Below are positions 1-7,878 of a stretch of 53,361 nucleotides of DNA, piece by piece. Position 1 is the first letter of the stretch. Every line of letters starts with the position of its first letter. A program made the translations under genes and the position numbers. The stretch lies in contig JAUWZR010000002.1 of NCBI GenBank assembly GCA_030615235.1, forward strand, positions 1-53,361, in the 5' to 3' direction. This stretch comes from Promethearchaeota archaeon (lineage in GTDB: Archaea > Asgardarchaeota > Lokiarchaeia > Sigyniarchaeales > SOKP01). Below the pieces are notes generated by a model. It ran no database searches, had not been told where the DNA came from, and saw only the letters and a program-made list of their open reading frames with translations.

Positions 1-755
1 ATTTGGTTGTTTAAATCCAAACTCGTCCATAACAAGCAGTTGTGATCGTATTTAACTGCTAATGGAATTACTTCCTCCCACGTAGCTTTGTCTGCAGCAG
101 AAAGCATCAATACTTCGCTTTCAGTAGCAGCCGCAGTGACTTTAAATAACTCTACATCCTTTTCTTTATTTCCAGAACAACCAATAATGACCGGGACATC
201 AACTGCTTGCAATATATCTTCTAAATATTTTAGAGATTGAGAAACAGGTGCATCGCCCATTCCAGGATCGATTTCTAGAGAGTGGAAGGTTATACTTTCT
301 GCGCCAAATTTATTAACCGCTAATTTTGCCCATTCTGCGGGATCTCCTAAGACTTCTCCATACTCTTGCTTAATTGGTTTTGGTAACATCATTTTAGAGC
401 CCATATCGAAAACATCATAAGTAACTAAAGGAGGATTTGGGTTTCTTTTATCAAGACCCAGAAAGTTATAGAACGGAGGTACCTTTTCTCCGCCAATGAC
501 GGCTTTTTTACCGTTAGATCTAATGAATTCAACAGTTTCAATTTGTCCCGGAAATTCTAAATCTAGAGAAAATTTTGTTGGGGTCCATTCTGCCTTTCCG
601 ATACCAGGAAGAATCGCTTGTGCTGCAGATTGAATAATACCAGGTAACATTTGAAATTCTAAGTACTCAGCAAAAAGTTCTACGTCTTGTAATTCAATTT
701 CTTCCGTTTCCTTCATTAGTTTAGCTAATTTTTTACTAATTTCATCGAACGCCAT
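1..755 (-). CDS. cdhD: Acetyl-CoA decarbonylase/synthase (CODH/ACS) delta subunit, N-terminal about 251 codons; the 3' end runs off the window
   Basis: Hand translation of the minus strand from ATG at 755-753 gives MAFDEISKKLAKLMKETEEIELQDV...GGEKVPPFY...DVFDMGSK...EWAKLAVNKFGAESITFHSL...LQAVDVPVIIGCSGNKEKD...KYDHNCLLWTSLDLNNQ with no stops to position 1. These blocks match my recollection of CdhD/AcsD TIM-barrel proteins. The ORF is absent from the track because it is open at the window edge. Confidence 0.7.
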   Translation of the reverse strand, partial: MAFDEISKKLAKLMKETEEIELQDVELFAEYLEFQMLPGIIQSAAQAILPGIGKAEWTPTKFSLDLEFPGQIETVEFIRSNGKKAVIGGEKVPPFYNFLGLDKRNPNPPLVTYDVFDMGSKMMLPKPIKQEYGEVLGDPAEWAKLAVNKFGAESITFHSLEIDPGMGDAPVSQSLKYLEDILQAVDVPVIIGCSGNKEKDVELFKVTAAATESEVLMLSAADKATWEEVIPLAVKYDHNCLLWTSLDLNNQ

Positions 756-1193
756 TTTTCTTCACTTAATTTCTTTATATAAATTCTATAAATAGGCTAT
801 TGGTGAATTAAATTTAAAATTATGTGATGGGAACTGATCAAGGATCGTCTAAAATGTTGATTTTGTGAGATTTGGTAAAGAAAATTATTAATAAATTTTC
901 AAAATCAGCAATCATTTAAATATAACATACTTCGGAATTCGTCAAACGATAAGAAATTACATCTAGATAGTTTTTAATTTTAAAATAAGGAGATTTACTG
1001 AATTTCAATTTTTGAACGATATTTTTCGATAATTTGTAGGTTGAGCCTAATTACTACCTCATAAAAAAATAGCATAGATTTAAAAAAAGGTGCTTTTTTA
1101 ATTTTATCTGTATATTAAATACAAATAAAAATAATAATAAAAACAAAAAATACAAATAAAATTAATTATTCTAAAATAAAAGGGGAAAAAAGT

Positions 1194-2294
1194 TTGAGTA
1201 CAGATATAGAAAATGTGTTATCATCCATCCAAGATATTCTTTTTGTTATATCATTTGACTATGAAATTTTGTTTGCGAATGAACAGGCATCGATAAATTT
1301 TGAGACAGATTTGATTGGCAAGACATGTTATAAGGTACTTCTTAATAAAGATCAACCATGTGAAATTTGTGCTATAGCAGAATTTAAGGCAAAAGATGTT
1401 AGTAGTTTTCGATTTGAAAAAGAACTAATCTTACCTTCTTTGAAAAAAGAATGTCATTTTGACATTGGCAGTACGATGATTGAAGAATATAAGGGAGTTA
1501 AAGCAATAGTTGAAGTCTTACGAGACGTTACCAAGCGCAAGAAGCAAGAGAGAGAAATAGAATTATTATTATCAAGTTTAAAAGATATTCTTTTTGTTAT
1601 ATCATTTGACTATGAAATTTTGTTTGCAAATGATGAGGCATTAAAAAGTTTTGAGACAGTTTTGATTGGCAAGACATGTTATGAAGTTCTTCTTAAAAGA
1701 GATCAACCCTGTGAAATTTGTGCAATAGCAGAATTTAAGGCAAAGGGTGTTTGCAATTTTCGATTTGAAAAAGAACTAATCTTACCTTCTTTGAAAAAAG
1801 AATGTCATTTTGACATTGGCAGTACGATGCTTGAAGAATATAAGGGAGTTAAAGCTATAGTTGAAGTTTTACGAGATATTACTGAGCGCAAGATGCAAGA
1901 GCGAACAATTTTGCAACTATCGACTCCAATTATAAAAATATGGGATAATATTCTGGCAGTTCCACTTATTGGAATTCTTGATAGTAGACGCGCTAAATTA
2001 TTTACTGAAACTCTTTTAAATGCGATCGTAAAAACAGGATCTAAAATTGCAATAATCGACGTAACTGGAGTTAGCTTTATTGATACTCAAGTAGCAAATC
2101 ACCTAATAAAAACACTTAATGCTGTAAGGCTTCTTGGGGCTAAATCAATTGTTACTGGTATAAGACCAGAAATAGCACACACACTAGTTGACTTGGGCGT
2201 TTCTCTCGGAGATATAGTTACGAGTTCCCAACTTTCTGGAGGATTGAATTACGCATTTAAAATGCTTGGATATACTTTAAATAATAAAGGGTAA
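1194..2294 (+). CDS. rsbR: RsbR-like stressosome sensor: two tandem Cys-rich PAS-like domains plus a C-terminal STAS domain
   Basis: The C-terminus LSTPIIKIWDNILAVPLIGILDSRRAKL...IAIIDVTGVSFIDTQVANHLIK...GAKSIVTGIRPEIAHTLVDLG is a typical RsbR STAS domain with the DT phospho-site context. The N-terminus holds two about 117-aa repeats, each with GKTCY...DQPCEICA...KKECH. Start is TTG preceded by aaaggggaaaaaag. It is the first gene of a tightly packed operon. Confidence 0.85.
   Translation: MSTDIENVLSSIQDILFVISFDYEILFANEQASINFETDLIGKTCYKVLLNKDQPCEICAIAEFKAKDVSSFRFEKELILPSLKKECHFDIGSTMIEEYKGVKAIVEVLRDVTKRKKQEREIELLLSSLKDILFVISFDYEILFANDEALKSFETVLIGKTCYEVLLKRDQPCEICAIAEFKAKGVCNFRFEKELILPSLKKECHFDIGSTMLEEYKGVKAIVEVLRDITERKMQERTILQLSTPIIKIWDNILAVPLIGILDSRRAKLFTETLLNAIVKTGSKIAIIDVTGVSFIDTQVANHLIKTLNAVRLLGAKSIVTGIRPEIAHTLVDLGVSLGDIVTSSQLSGGLNYAFKMLGYTLNNKG
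1218..1915 (+). repeat. Intragenic tandem duplication of about 351 nt (2 copies) encoding the Cys-rich PAS-like module of RsbR
   Basis: Copy 1 spans about 1218-1568 and copy 2 about 1569-1915. Long identical runs are visible, for example gatattctttttgttatatcatttgactatgaaattttgtttgc and cgatttgaaaaagaactaatcttaccttctttgaaaaaagaatgtcattttgacattggcagtacgatg. The peptides are about 85 percent identical by eye. Confidence 0.9.
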
Positions 2295-2301
2295 ATATTA
2301 T

Positions 2302-2682
2302 ATGAGTCAGAAGATACCTATAATTAAGATAAAGGAAGATTTAATAGTATCCTTTCTTTCTGACATTGATGACATAGCAGCTTTAAAATTACAAAGTGGT
2401 TTACTTCAAAGAATTCATGAGGGTAAGATAACTGGAGTATTGATTGATCTAACAGTCCTTGATATGGTAGATTCTTTCTTAGGCAGATTGATATCAAATA
2501 TTGCTCGCTCATCGGCAATAATGGATGTAAAAACGGTTGTGGTTGGAATTCAGCCAGCAGTCGCCATCACACTCGTAGAGTTGGGGCTTAAATTAGAGGG
2601 TACTTCTCTTGCTTTGAATGTGGAAGATGGTATTGCGCTTCTAAATGAATTAAAAAAGTCGAAATATGATTTTGAGATATAA
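2302..2682 (+). CDS. rsbS: RsbS-like single-domain STAS protein (stressosome scaffold/antagonist)
   Basis: 126 aa. VLIDLTVLDMVDSFLGRLI contains the conserved DS phospho-serine context, and VVVGIQPAVAITLVELG is the typical STAS C-terminus. It starts 7 nt after rsbR and its stop abuts the next ATG. Confidence 0.85.
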   Translation: MSQKIPIIKIKEDLIVSFLSDIDDIAALKLQSGLLQRIHEGKITGVLIDLTVLDMVDSFLGRLISNIARSSAIMDVKTVVVGIQPAVAITLVELGLKLEGTSLALNVEDGIALLNELKKSKYDFEI

Positions 2683-3105
2683 ATGAGGAGACAAAAAATT
2701 CTTCAGAATATCCAGATTGAAAATAATATGGACCTTGTTAAGGCAAGACAAAGCATTAGAACCATTGCTTTAGACCTGAATTATGGCATCGTAGATCAGA
2801 CAAAATTGATTACTGCAGTAAGCGAATTAACGAGAAATGTCCTTTTATACGCCGGGAAAGGTGAGATCATCATAGAATTAATAGAGACCAGTACAAAAAA
2901 AGGTTTAAGGATTACTGTAACTGATAAAGGTCCAGGAATTCCAGATGTTGACCTTGCAATAACAGAAGGATTTTCCACGAGTAAAGGACTAGGTAAAGGT
3001 CTAAGCGGTACTAAAAAGTTAATGGACGATTTTTCTATTCAAACTGAGGTTGGAAAAGGAACAGAGGTTGTTATCATAAAATGGACGGACTCAGACAAAT
3101 TGTGA
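2683..3105 (+). CDS. rsbT: RsbT-like switch serine kinase (GHKL/HATPase_c, anti-sigma-factor kinase family)
   Basis: 140 aa. N-box-like AVSELTRNVLLYA, G1/G2 boxes ITVTDKGPGIPD and GFSTSKGLGKGLSGTKKLMD, and the expected position after rsbR-rsbS. Confidence 0.85.
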   Translation: MRRQKILQNIQIENNMDLVKARQSIRTIALDLNYGIVDQTKLITAVSELTRNVLLYAGKGEIIIELIETSTKKGLRITVTDKGPGIPDVDLAITEGFSTSKGLGKGLSGTKKLMDDFSIQTEVGKGTEVVIIKWTDSDKL

Positions 3106-4133
3106 TTCCTATAAACGAAATTCATCATGTAGGTATCGCTATAAGAAAAATTTCTAAATTAGCAGAAGAATTAGGATTTTCAGAAAAAGAACTTAGCGAA
3201 ACTTCGATTGTTGTATCTGAATTAGCCAACAACTTGATTGTACATGAAGCCATAGAAGGAAAAATTATATGCTCGTTGATTGAAGAAGGGACGAATAAAT
3301 ATATTCAAATAATTAGCGAGGATGAAGGTCCAGGAATTGCAAATGTCGAAACAGTAATGGAAGATGGATATTCAACAAATGAAACTCTTGGAATAGGTCT
3401 AGGTGCGATAAAAAGGCTTATGAGCGATTTCAGAATCACTTCAAATATTGAGAATGTTAAAACTGCAAGAAATAAAAACATAGTGAGCAAAATTGGGACA
3501 AAAATTATCACTAAAAAATATCTTTCTCAAAGAGAGGATACGGCAGATATATCTCAGAGTAAAATTAGATTTGGAATATTTAGTAGAAGCAAATATGGGG
3601 AAAAATATAATGGAGATAATTATTTTCTGCAACGTTTTGAAGATAAAACGATTGCAGCAGTAATTGATGGTTTGGGGCATGGTCAGCATGCATCAGAAGC
3701 TTCTACAGAAGCTCGGTTATACCTTGTCGAAAATTATAAAAAACCTCTTGATGTAATAATTAATGGCTTGCACGCGAGATTGAAGAACACCCGTGGTGTA
3801 GTTATTTCAATAGCTTTAATTGACAATAAAAAAGGTGAATTGGAATATGTTGGGATTGGAAATGTATTAACAAGGGTTTTTAATTCACCTACCCCTATAA
3901 ACCCCGTTAAATTCAGTGGATCTTTAGGATATATACTTAGAAATTTTAAAATATTTCATTACCCTTGGATTAAAGGTAATATCATAATAATGACAAGCGA
4001 TGGTATATCAGAAGGATACTATACAAATAAAGATCCAAATTTCCTTAAAAGACACCCAATATTAATTGCTAATACTATACTAAAGGAATATGGAAATATC
4101 CATGATGATGCAACCGTCTTAGTAGGAAAATAA
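3081..4133 (+). CDS. Fusion protein: N-terminal HATPase-like (RsbT/RsbW-like) domain plus C-terminal PP2C/SpoIIE-type phosphatase (RsbX/RsbU-like)
   Basis: N-terminus VVSELANNLIVHE...ISEDEGPGIAN...GYSTNETLGIGLGAIKRLM. C-terminus GDNYFLQRFEDKTIAAVIDGLGHGQHASEAS...IIIMTSDGISEG...HDDATVLVGK, which are SpoIIE/PP2C motifs. An alternative start is GTG at 3102, forming a GTGA overlap with the rsbT stop. Confidence 0.8.
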   Translation: MDGLRQIVIPINEIHHVGIAIRKISKLAEELGFSEKELSETSIVVSELANNLIVHEAIEGKIICSLIEEGTNKYIQIISEDEGPGIANVETVMEDGYSTNETLGIGLGAIKRLMSDFRITSNIENVKTARNKNIVSKIGTKIITKKYLSQREDTADISQSKIRFGIFSRSKYGEKYNGDNYFLQRFEDKTIAAVIDGLGHGQHASEASTEARLYLVENYKKPLDVIINGLHARLKNTRGVVISIALIDNKKGELEYVGIGNVLTRVFNSPTPINPVKFSGSLGYILRNFKIFHYPWIKGNIIIMTSDGISEGYYTNKDPNFLKRHPILIANTILKEYGNIHDDATVLVGK

Positions 4134-4135
4134 AA

Positions 4136-5020
4136 ATGTTGAATGAAGAGAACAAAGATAATATGGAAGATTTATACGAAATTAAGGCTCGTTTAAAACA
4201 AGAGATTGCTAAGCGTATCCAATTGGAGAATGAATTAAATATTGCGTTAGATGAATTGAACCTTTCAAATACTGAATATCTATTTGCGATAAGAAAACTA
4301 GAAGGATACAAAGACAGTCTTAATACAGCTTATAACAGAGCAGAATTTTACAAAGATTTGTGTAGTCACGACATTAATAACATTTTACAAGCCATTTTGT
4401 CTGGAATGCAATTATGTGAGATGAATCTTGATGATCCACATGAAATCAAATCTATTATAAAAATTATAACAGATCAAGTTATAAGAGGGGCAAATTTAAT
4501 TTCAAATATTCGCAAATTATCTCAAATTGAAGGAACTAAGATATCTCTTAAACGAACTAAAATTCGTAATATCTTAAAAAAATCGGTTGATTATATAAAA
4601 AAATCTTACACAGATAAAAAAATAAACATTAAAGTCGATTCAGTTAGCGAACAACTATATATTCAGGCAAACGAACTGATCAGTGATGTTTTTGAAAACA
4701 TTCTTATTAATGCAATAAAACATAATAAAAGTGCAATTCTAGAAATTGAAGTTATGATATCGAGAGAACAAAAATTAGGTGTAAATTATCTTAGATTTGA
4801 ATTTCAGGATAATGGTCTAGGAATAAGCGATCCTCGTAAAGAAAAAATCTTTCAAAGAGGGTACAGCAAAAATAAAACTGCTCAAGGAATGGGATTAGGA
4901 TTGTCTCTCGTGAAAAAAATTATTGAAAATTATAAGGGAGAAATATGGGTTGAAGATAGAGTTATTGGAGACTATTCAAAAGGAAGTAATTTCGTTCTTT
5001 TAATTCCAGAGGTGAACTAA
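4136..5020 (+). CDS. Soluble histidine kinase (coiled-coil plus DHp H-box plus HATPase_c), no sensor domain
   Basis: H-box FYKDLCSHDINNILQAI, N-box VFENILINAIKHN, G boxes FQDNGLGISD and GMGLGLSLVKKIIENYKGEIWVED. It starts 2 nt after the phosphatase stop. Confidence 0.85.
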   Translation: MLNEENKDNMEDLYEIKARLKQEIAKRIQLENELNIALDELNLSNTEYLFAIRKLEGYKDSLNTAYNRAEFYKDLCSHDINNILQAILSGMQLCEMNLDDPHEIKSIIKIITDQVIRGANLISNIRKLSQIEGTKISLKRTKIRNILKKSVDYIKKSYTDKKINIKVDSVSEQLYIQANELISDVFENILINAIKHNKSAILEIEVMISREQKLGVNYLRFEFQDNGLGISDPRKEKIFQRGYSKNKTAQGMGLGLSLVKKIIENYKGEIWVEDRVIGDYSKGSNFVLLIPEVN

Positions 5021-5040
5021 AACGGAGGTTAAAAAAGGAG

Positions 5041-5430
5041 ATTAAAACGGAAAAAATATTTATCGTTGATGATGAACCTATACTTCAAATTTTTTATAAA
5101 AAAATTTTAAATTTAAATGGCTTTGAAGTGGCGGGTATCGCAGAAAATGGGGAAGAAGCCATTAACATGTTCAAATCGTTTTCGAATAAACCAAAGATAA
5201 TTCTGATGGATCATCGGATGCCTGAGAAGACTGGAATTGAAGCCACAAAAGAAATTTTGCAAATTGATAAACGAGTAAAAATTATATTTTTAAGTGCAGA
5301 TGTCAGTATTAAAGAAGAAGCGTATGCAATTGGAGCTTTTAGCTTTTCGGAAAAACCATTTACGATTAAATATTTAATAAATGAAATTAACAAAGCTTTA
5401 GAATGCTATAAATTCTCCTCATCTAATTAA
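5041..5430 (+). CDS. Single-domain CheY-like response regulator (receiver); N-terminus extended beyond the tracked ORF
   Basis: The tracked ORF (GTG 5128) lacks the acidic pocket. The same frame is open from 4990 and reads IKTEKIFIVDDEPILQIFYKKILNLNGFEV, giving a complete REC domain (DD pocket, phospho-Asp in ILMDHRMP, Lys in SEKPF). No ATG, GTG or TTG lies in frame between 4990 and 5128. ATT at 5041 follows ggaggt/aaggag, so the 5' boundary is uncertain. Confidence 0.6.
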   Translation: MKTEKIFIVDDEPILQIFYKKILNLNGFEVAGIAENGEEAINMFKSFSNKPKIILMDHRMPEKTGIEATKEILQIDKRVKIIFLSADVSIKEEAYAIGAFSFSEKPFTIKYLINEINKALECYKFSSSN

Positions 5431-5469
5431 TTTTATTAAAGAGTAAGCTTTCTAATTTTTTTAAATTAG

Positions 5470-5535
5470 ATTGAAATTATCCTAAGAGAGTATGGAAAAG
5501 CCCACGATGACGCAACTATTTTAGTAGGAGAATAA
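5470..5535 (+). pseudogene. Fragment: last about 21 codons of a PP2C/SpoIIE phosphatase paralog
   Basis: It translates to IEIILREYGKAHDDATILVGE*, compared with ...NTILKEYGNIHDDATVLVGK* at the end of the intact gene (ends 4133). An in-frame stop lies immediately upstream at 5467-5469. Confidence 0.6.
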
Positions 5536-5543
5536 GGATAAGG

Positions 5544-5708
5544 ATTGGTAGTGCAATTATTAGAAAAGAGAAGGGTGTTGTCAAAGTAAGACAAGACATT
5601 AAGATAATGTCCGATAAAATAAGCTTCAATCATACCGATGCTATAAAAATAATTACAGTAGTTGGTGAGTTAACAATTAGCCTCTATGAACAACTCTATG
5701 GAGAAATT
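5544..5708 (+). pseudogene. Fragment: first about 55 codons of an RsbT/RsbW-like switch kinase, truncated
   Basis: Translation ...AIIRKEKGVVKVRQDIKIMSDKISFNHTDAIKIITVVGELTISLYEQLYGEI aligns with intact RsbT IQIENNMDLVKARQSIRTIALDLNYGIVDQTKLITAVSELTRNVLLYAGKGEI. The similarity stops exactly where the inverted cdhD-like sequence begins. Confidence 0.5.
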
Positions 5709-5805
5709 CAAAATATTCAGCAAATAAATCTACATCTTGAAGTTCAATTTCTTTTGTGTCTTTCATAAATTCAGCTAATTTTTTGCTTAATTCATCAAAG
5801 GAAAT
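5703..5805 (-). pseudogene. Fragment: first about 35 codons of a cdhD paralog, with the start codon lost (ATG to ATT)
   Basis: The minus strand reads ISFDELSKKLAEFMKDTKEIELQDVDLFAEYFEF, compared with MAFDEISKKLAKLMKETEEIELQDVELFAEYLEF at 755-651. Nucleotide similarity continues into the upstream non-coding stretch (about 5806-5850 versus 756-810). Confidence 0.7.
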
Positions 5806-6083
5806 TTTATATCACTTTAATTAATATAATTTTTATTGATGGTGAAAAAAACATTATAAAAAATACAAAATATGCTTGGTGAAAACCTTAATGTTTTATA
5901 AGACAAATATGTGGATTTTCGTCTTTTTAAATTTGTAGATGAAATATTAATATTATTAGTGTAGATCTATAAAGATCAAATTCAAGAAATGTAACTAGTA
6001 TAATTTATTTAAATTTTAATATTTAAGACGTTATGTATTTTAAAAATAGGAATATCATTGATTTAACTAAAAACTGATTAATA

Positions 6084-7055
6084 ATGAGACGAAAAACCAT
6101 TTTTATTGTAATAATAATCTGTGTAGTTGTTGTTAGTGTACCAGCAATTTTTTGGATAATAAATAATGAAAATGAAGGTCCTGGTGATAATAATCCTGCT
6201 GTTTCAGGATCTTATGTAGTAAACCATAATTATGCTCATCTGGAGGATTTAAAGAGCATACCAATTGAATGGATAGAAGAGGCTAAAAAAAGCCTTAATA
6301 TTGCTTATGGTCATACTTCTCATGGGAGTCAATTAACTTCAGGCATGGCTAATTTAGATGATTTTATGGGAGGGAATGATATTTATTTATACGGCTCAGG
6401 TGGTGCAACTAATGACACAATTCTTGAGTTTTATGATTTTCCTGGTGGATTTGGTGGTGCCTTAACAACAACTAGCGCAAATGACCTCGGTAACCCTAAT
6501 GATGATGCTTGGGCTGCTGCAACAGAAGAATATTTGGACCATCCGAATAATCCTGGAACCAATGTGATTATGTGGTCTTGGTGTAATATAGCTGGACATA
6601 ACATCACGAGATACCTATCACATATGGAGAATTTAATTTCTGCATACTCTGCTGGTGGTTCAAAAGGACGAAATTCAACGAATGAGGTAAATTTTGTGTT
6701 TATAACGGGTCATGTTGATGGACAAGGGATAAATGGGACTAACAATTTACAAAATGGACTTATTCGAGAACACTGTATGACATATAATAGAACTTTATAC
6801 GATTTTGCTGATATTGAAAGTTATGATCCAGACGATAATTACTTTTTAGATTTAAATGTAGCTGATGATTGTAGTTATGATGGGGGGAATTGGGCATTAG
6901 AATGGCAATCTACTCATGATGGCGTTAATACAGAACCGAATGGAGGAGAATGGTACGCATGTAGTTCTGCTCACTCTGAGCCTTTAAATGCAAACTTAAA
7001 AGCTTATGCTTCGTGGTATCTTTTTGCCAGGCTAGCTGGTTGGGATGGTAACTAA
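6084..7055 (+). CDS. Secreted or membrane-anchored protein of unknown function (N-terminal signal/anchor)
   Basis: N-terminal hydrophobic segment KTIFIVIIICVVVVSVPAIFWII. The mature part is rich in G/N/D/W with motifs YGHTSHGSQ, VIMWSWCN and FITGHVDG. I do not recognise the family. Confidence 0.5.
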   Translation: MRRKTIFIVIIICVVVVSVPAIFWIINNENEGPGDNNPAVSGSYVVNHNYAHLEDLKSIPIEWIEEAKKSLNIAYGHTSHGSQLTSGMANLDDFMGGNDIYLYGSGGATNDTILEFYDFPGGFGGALTTTSANDLGNPNDDAWAAATEEYLDHPNNPGTNVIMWSWCNIAGHNITRYLSHMENLISAYSAGGSKGRNSTNEVNFVFITGHVDGQGINGTNNLQNGLIREHCMTYNRTLYDFADIESYDPDDNYFLDLNVADDCSYDGGNWALEWQSTHDGVNTEPNGGEWYACSSAHSEPLNANLKAYASWYLFARLAGWDGN

Positions 7056-7134
7056 TTTTTCTTTTTACATTGAAAAAATTATCAAAACAAATTCTTTTTA
7101 TTTTTTAATAGAATAATTTAAAAACAGAATCTGG

Positions 7135-7650
7135 TTAAATTGTTCTCATTCTTCTCTTATAAAGAATAAGAACTAATCCTACTGTTAAGAATAATGAAAA
7201 AATTAATAGCTCTACTTGAAATCCTGGTATGAATGGAAGGTAATATCTCGTTAGCTTGTCTTTATTGGATTTTAAGAAGAATGAATCTGGCCCATTGTTA
7301 ATTAAAATTAATTCAATGTAATAAATTTTTGATTGTGATACTGTATAGTTGATATATGGATTGTCATCTATACTGTAATTTAAGGCTACCTGGAAAATAA
7401 TTGGGTTAAGAGTTTTATCATCGTTTACGTAAGAGTCAGTAGGGCGTGAACCGAATAGAAAAAGCGTAAAGTTCCCATCTCCAGTATGAGTTACATTAAT
7501 TTCAATATTCTCCCCCTCTTCTAAATCTATTAGAAAAAAAACGAAAATACCATCGTTTATGTTGTCAGGATACTCAAATCCAAAAATGCTTACTATTGGA
7601 ACGAGAACCATTAGAGCGAGAATAGGAACTGTAAGATATTTACGCTTCAT
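7135..7650 (-). CDS. Hypothetical surface protein with an N-terminal signal peptide and a C-terminal TM anchor
   Basis: N-terminus MKRKYLTVPILALMVLVPIVSIFG. C-terminus LLIFSLFLTVGLVLILYKRRMR. The beta-rich middle part is not assigned to a family. Confidence 0.45.
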   Translation of the reverse strand: MKRKYLTVPILALMVLVPIVSIFGFEYPDNINDGIFVFFLIDLEEGENIEINVTHTGDGNFTLFLFGSRPTDSYVNDDKTLNPIIFQVALNYSIDDNPYINYTVSQSKIYYIELILINNGPDSFFLKSNKDKLTRYYLPFIPGFQVELLIFSLFLTVGLVLILYKRRMRTI

Positions 7651-7878
7651 AGTTTAGCATACTAAGTAATTTTAATTTTGATATAATGTTGAACTTAACT
7701 TAAGCTTTATTGAAATTTTAGACTTAATCTTTTAATTGCTTACAAGAATTAAAATAGGAACTAATGTAATTATAGATGCATATTCTCTTTAATTTTGAAA
7801 TCGTAATTTTTTTCAATAAGGGGACAATTAATCTATAAAGACATATAATAAATAGAAAACATAGCAAGTGTTAACAAA

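Noticed and set aside
2324-4311. Minus-strand ORFs inside the stressosome operon (2324-2518, 2796-2978, 3305-3511, 3441-3689, 4075-4311)
   Set aside because: They lie opposite strongly supported genes and have hydrophobic, low-complexity translations.
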